Assembly (NCBI GenBank): GCA_964035575.1
Contig: OZ037839.1
Coordinates: 744,001-808,000 of the forward strand
DNA from: Rhynchopus sp. YZ270_cl-10
Taxonomy: Eukaryota
Reading direction: 5' to 3'
Length of the DNA: 64,000 nt
The notes under the pieces were generated by a model, which saw only the letters and a program-made list of their open reading frames with translations, searched no databases and was not told the origin of the DNA. The first letter of the stretch is position 1. Each line of letters begins with the position of its first letter. Of this stretch, positions 58,691 to 64,000 are shown one piece after another. The position numbers and the translations under genes are program-made.

Positions 58691-60163
58691 ACTTCCGAAA
58701 GCACCAGCATGCCTTTACTTTAGCGTTCTTTAATTTATCGTTTTATGGGACAGTATATCGTGCTTTGGCTTTCCTCAGTTACGGCACTCATCTGTCAAAG
58801 ATCTGGGGCCTGACTACAATAAGGAGATAGAAGTTAAAGTGAAGTTGATAGTGCAAACGCCTCTGGGACGCTGACACTGAGACTCTATGGGGGGTATCGA
58901 ACCCCTTCAGAGTGGTGTGATTGGGGATTTAACAGAATGAGAAAAATACAAAAAAAAAAAAAGATTAGATTCATATACTTTCAATTCACAGAATTGAAAG
59001 TATGTGAGAGGGTCAACACATGCACCAAAAAGAAAAAGAAAAACTTTAAATGATCATACGACAACAAAAGGTGTTGCCAGTTATGAGAGTTGCTATTTTT
59101 TGCAGGGAAGGGGAGGGCGAGTAAAAAAAAGTATTTTCATCATATGCAATCAATAAATTGATAGTATATGGTGAGGGATCAACAAAAATGGTCCCATCTT
59201 TCTTTTTATGTTGTGTGTTTTGCAAAACGTAGAAAAGAAAAGTAAAATGCTTCGTGCACAAGTTGAAACTTCAGTAGATTGGTTTCTGATATTAACCCTG
59301 TTTCAGTCCTAAGAATCATACAGTTGTATTCAAAAGGGTGGACATCTTCAGTGATTTCCCTTTAAATGGTGGGTGAATATCGCGAAACCGATGTTCGTGT
59401 GAACATTTGGTACCTTCTACTTCAGTTTTTTGTTTCGGGAATACACAAAATACAAAAGTTTTTTTTTTCTTTTTTCTTATTCCTTTCTCTGTCCTTACTG
59501 GATGTAATGTCTGATCACCAGGAGGAAGAGTAACCTAAAGAGTCTTGGTCTTGATGGCTGCCGTGTATACGTAAAGTATTCCGTGCAATAATTGCTACCA
59601 ATCCAAACAAATACCAACACATCCTGTATGTGTATCAGATAGAAAACCTCAGCAAACACACAAGAAAGAGAAATAAAATAAAAGTAAAAAATAGAAAAGT
59701 GAAAAACATACTGAATTTTCTGGACTTAGTAGTTCGCCGTCCAAGCAATGATTAAAACCAGTTTAATCATCCATTGTCCATTGTATTGAAACACCTACAC
59801 AAAGACTAGAGTAGTACAAAGAGATAGCAAAACGTGCATTGCAAACAATTTAATATGTGTCCTGGAGTCTTAGTCTCAAGGCTATTGTCCCTTAAAAAAT
59901 GGGAAAGCTAAGATGCCCACCAAGACCAAATCGCTCCTGCGAGAAAAATACTCATCACTAGTGACATAGTACGCGTTGAGTACAACCAACAAAAAAAAGA
60001 AAAAGAAAGTTAAAAAAAAATATCGCCAACGTCGTCGTACACGCACCTCCCTTTTCTTCGCCCAACCAAAATGTGGCTGGCAGTTTCGGTCTTCGTTGCC
60101 CCTCCCTACCTTTTCGTGTAAATCAAGGACCCAGGGGGAGTCTCTTTTCCTCTATTATTTTTT

Positions 60164-62397
60164 GAGAAAAGTTCGATTTCGGCCTCGAAAATTACCGTGA
60201 CACCGATTTGTCACGGAATTTTGTCACGGAATTTTTTTGAAAGATTCGATTTCGTGACAAAAAAAAATCGATTTCGTGACAAACCAATTTTTTCATTGAC
60301 ACACAAAATTCGATTTCGTGACAAACCGATTTTTTCATTGACAAAAAAAAATTCGATTTCGTGACAAATCCAAAAATTCAGTGACAAAAAAATGTCAATG
60401 AAAAAATGGATTTTGTCAAGGAAACCGAACTTTTTGTCACGGAAAAAGTCGTGACAGAAATGGATTTTGTCAAGGAAACCAAACTTTTTGTCACGGAAAA
60501 AGTCGTGACAGGGCACTGGGTACTGGGTACACTGGATACAAGGATAAAAGTCGTGAAAGAGCAACCACAGCTCCACATGACAAACACAAAAGTGTCCAGT
60601 CACGTGGGGCATTCATGCACTGAGGAGATAATGATCCAACAATTTACAAGAAAGATTACTTAACCTACTGCTGGAAATTGCCAGGTCGTAGTAACACACA
60701 AAGTGTGCCTCCGTTCGGGAAGACCGGATATTCTAGAGACCAAAAAGGCCTCAAGAATATCTTCCGGTAGTCAAGGTAGAACCGAATGAACGGCCCAAGA
60801 CCCCCGTGGAGAAGTTAAATGTGTAATGCTATCAGGTAGAAACTGCGAACACTGTCTTACCCTCCTCAATGCATGGTGGAAGATGTCTTTGACAACAAAT
60901 ATCCTGTACCCAGGTACCAGGTTCCCAGACCCACGTAGTACCACGTCGCAGTACTACGCAAAATTTACCACCAGACCCTGTCTTCGTGCACCTTAAGTAC
61001 AACGCCGCAGACAGGCCAAACATGCGTTGGACTCAGAGGAATGCCCGCTGTGCAGGTATCAAACATGAGAACCAACTCCCAGCAACAAGGGGCGCCTTTT
61101 GGCGGGCGTTGTTGAGGGTGTTTGGGGTGCAAAGTTTTCCACAATTTTGATGCGCGGGTACAGAAGTGTTATCTTGTTCTTTCATCTCTAGGAATGTAAA
61201 TGTCAATCGCGTTTAACTACCACTAGGGCTTGTTCAGTGAACCCACGAGGGGTCGAAGGGGGTTGGTTATCCCATATCTATCAAAGGTTGTGTCGACCAG
61301 GCGAATCCACTATGTTACGCTGTATGATGATAAATCCGAAGAAATAACAGTGCATAGCAACTGCAGGAAGTTTGTTAAAAAGAGTGCCTCACGCTACACA
61401 AACCACCACCCGCGATTGACTTAGATGTTATAACAAAGAGAATTCAGAACAAAACAACACCCTGCCCCATACACACTAAATTGTCATGCTTCAAGAGCAT
61501 GCCTGGGCCAAAATTACTATGACGAAAAGGCAACAAGACCACCCACAAGGAGTGTGAATTGTGCACTGGTTTTCTGGGGGAACAAACAATATTTTCTTGT
61601 GTCTAGTCCTCCGGAAGCAGAGGACAGACTTTCCGGAAGGTTTCCAAAGTCGAATTTCTTGCACTAGCTATGCTCCCTGGTTAATGGCTATAGCAGTGAC
61701 TGACAAAGTGTTCCCACCCCCCTTTCCACCACCATAATAACCGAACTCTGCTTATCAAACCACAATCTGAATCTGCTTCCGTCGCATGCGCTGGTGGATT
61801 CGATCTGTTTTGGTGTGTGTAATGGAATGTATGGGTGAGGGTTGGGGTATTAGGTATAGAAACGTGCGCACCCATTAATTTTTTACCGAATGAAAATGAA
61901 ATCTGCAATGAGTGTCTGCTGCATATCATTTAGTGGGGCTGGCCTCTGGCCAGAGGCGTGCAAGCCTGACCGTGTTCGCGATATACTAAGTCTTGCATAA
62001 TCATAAAGTTATCATACCTTGTGTCTTCAGTCTCTGCCCTTCGGTTTCTAGACAGCTCAAGAATGGCCTCTTTTGTGTTTGTCAAGTGGCTGTCTGGTCA
62101 CTTTTCAGTGACTGGCGGGTTGGCTGTCACGACTTTTTCCTTGACAAATTCCATTTTTTTCAATGACATTTTTTTGTCAATGAAAAAATGGATTTGTCAC
62201 GAAATCGAATTTTTTTTTGTCAATGAAAAAAGTCATTTGTCACTAAATTGAATTTTGTGTGTCAATGAAAAAATCGGCTTGTCACGAAATCGATTTTTTT
62301 TTGTCACGAAATCGAATCTTTCAAAAAAATTCCGTGACAAAGTACCGTGACAAATCGGTGTCACGGGTATTTTCGAGGCCGAAATCGAACTTTTCTC
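60164..62397. mobile_element. Mutator-like (MULE) non-autonomous element, 2234 bp, 9-bp TSD TTATTTTTT
   Basis: Long imperfect TIRs (~270 bp or more) starting GAGAAAAGTTCGATTTCGGCCTCGAAAA with CGTGACAA subrepeats; TTATTTTTT at 60155-60163 and 62398-62406. Confidence 0.85.
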
Positions 62398-62601
62398 TTA
62401 TTTTTTTGATTATTTTTTCCCCAGGATTTATTTTAAAGGATTGCCTGCTTGGAAAAACAAGAATCCCTCCCCTCCCTCCTTCCTTTTTTTTTTTCACTCC
62501 TCCTTCAACCTCCTTGGTACAAACAATGATTTCGGTCAAACCAACGTTCCTTTTTATAATCCCCTCCTCCTCCCTCCTCCTTCTCCCCACTCCACCATTT
62601 T

Positions 62602-64000
62602 TTAAAGCAAATGTGTATAATCTTCGAAGTCGTCTTCATCGCCAGGATCTCCTGTACCTAAGGCAGGTGGTGCCGACTCATCAACCGAGCCACGGACACG
62701 GTAGTCTGTGTCGATGTCCGTACAGTTGTTGATGGCGTAGAGCAGCTTCTGCTTTAGGATCTCCGCAGATGAGTAGTTCGGGAGGGAAATCCAGAAGAAG
62801 CAGGTACTCGCAACGGGAAGGAATTCATCAGGCTTGTCAACAAGAAGAGGCATAATCTTCAGCTTCACAGGCGCACGCTCCCTCCCCGACACAAATCGCA
62901 GGAACAGACAGCGCTCCCGAGTAGTAAACCCCCCGAGCACTTCCCAGAGATATTTGCAGCGGGTGTCATCGGGGGAAATGCCTTCATAACGCGACTGAGT
63001 CTTGAGTTCTTGGACATCCCAGACAGGAGACCCACAGACAAGACGTTCCAACTCGCAGGCATCGAAGAGGTGCGCAAAATGCTTTGGTAGCACACTGTGA
63101 AACCCATTGAGAAGCTCCTGCACTAGGTCGTCTGACTCCGCAAGGCGCTTTTGAATCGCTAGCTTGACGTAAAGGTCGCGATTTGCCCAGGTAATGCCCA
63201 CCCCAGCACCCCCTGGAAGGAGCTCCTCTTCCTCCCCGGTTGAGTTCTCTGTCGTAAAATTCCCGTCAAAAACGGAGCCAAACGTTTCTTCTGTTACCCC
63301 CTCTTCATCTAAGCGTAGCAAGCAAAGCAACGACGACATAACAGATTTATCTACCGATTCTAGATCCGTTGCGGACACAGTATCACCCGACAGAGCCTTC
63401 CAAATGAGAGGAGAAATGTACAACGGAAGCGGCTCGCATGTACGCATGCACGCTGCCATGAGCTTTCCCAAGAAGCGGCTGAGGGAGCGCAGCAGCTGGG
63501 TGGGTTTTGTGTTTAGCACCATCCGATCGCGGTGGCTGCCGATGTTGTTTTTCGAGTTTGGTGAGGGGCGGAATAAGGGAATAATCTCTGGGGTCATCAG
63601 CTCGCTGCATAGCTCTGCCAGACACTCGCGGTACGGCCCTCCTACATCCTCTGCACCTTCCCCTTGAAAGGACACACTCCAGAACCTCTTTGAAGAAAAA
63701 AACATCGACTGCGGCTTTCCAGACAACAACGAATGCAACTGCCCAAACAGCGTTGACTCGATTTGCCCCTGCTGCTTCAGACGCCTATTCAAAATTACCT
63801 TAGGCTGTTGAGGTTCTACAAGAGAATTTGTTAAAAAGACGTGAGCCTGAAGCAACGTCGACGTTGTAGTAGACAACAGAAGCGACTTCATGCGTAATGC
63901 AGCCTCTGCCAGCATCCCCTTAGGCCGTACTGTCTCTGTCAAATCTAAGAATGGGTAAATTGCGCGGAAAATCTGATTAAAATGCCGTAAAATAACTACT
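62602..64000 (-). CDS. HECT E3 ubiquitin ligase (HERC-like), 5' partial
   Basis: FQGEGAEDVGGPYRE, LERLVCG, FLRFVSGR, LPVASTCFFWISLPNYSS (catalytic Cys); frame is open to the window edge. Confidence 0.95.
   Translation of the reverse strand, partial: VVILRHFNQIFRAIYPFLDLTETVRPKGMLAEAALRMKSLLLSTTTSTLLQAHVFLTNSLVEPQQPKVILNRRLKQQGQIESTLFGQLHSLLSGKPQSMFFSSKRFWSVSFQGEGAEDVGGPYRECLAELCSELMTPEIIPLFRPSPNSKNNIGSHRDRMVLNTKPTQLLRSLSRFLGKLMAACMRTCEPLPLYISPLIWKALSGDTVSATDLESVDKSVMSSLLCLLRLDEEGVTEETFGSVFDGNFTTENSTGEEEELLPGGAGVGITWANRDLYVKLAIQKRLAESDDLVQELLNGFHSVLPKHFAHLFDACELERLVCGSPVWDVQELKTQSRYEGISPDDTRCKYLWEVLGGFTTRERCLFLRFVSGRERAPVKLKIMPLLVDKPDEFLPVASTCFFWISLPNYSSAEILKQKLLYAINNCTDIDTDYRVRGSVDESAPPALGTGDPGDEDDFEDYTHLL

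Overview
Eukaryotic (protist) nuclear DNA, not prokaryotic. It has canonical GT-AG introns, two nuclear LSU rRNA fragments and a high transposon load, and all nine recognisable host genes are on the minus strand. That fits a euglenozoan (diplonemid-like) directional gene cluster, but the taxon is only inferred. Host genes: PX-domain protein, ubiquitin-like/BspA-type LRR protein (frameshifted), NEK kinase, purple acid phosphatase (1 intron), GH89 alpha-N-acetylglucosaminidase, three paralogous secreted repeat proteins (one fused to WSC+WD40), and the 3' part of a HERC-type HECT ligase. The 18.6-34.2 kb region is a nest of mobile elements with two standouts. (i) An apparently intact 4-kb hAT-like transposon has CATAC termini, 6-bp target duplications, a two-intron 769-aa transposase whose third catalytic residue reads D instead of E, and non-autonomous relatives elsewhere in the window. 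(ii) An APE-RT-RNase H non-LTR retrotransposon has the ORF1 3' end and ORF2 in one frame, separated only by UGA-C followed by a 2A-like GIHPNPGP peptide. Intergenic DNA also holds arrays of short hairpin modules with A-rich spacers, a probably retroposed 28S rRNA piece, and MITEs with 2-, 5-, 6-, 8- and 9-bp duplications. All calls come from manual reading; no database search was run.
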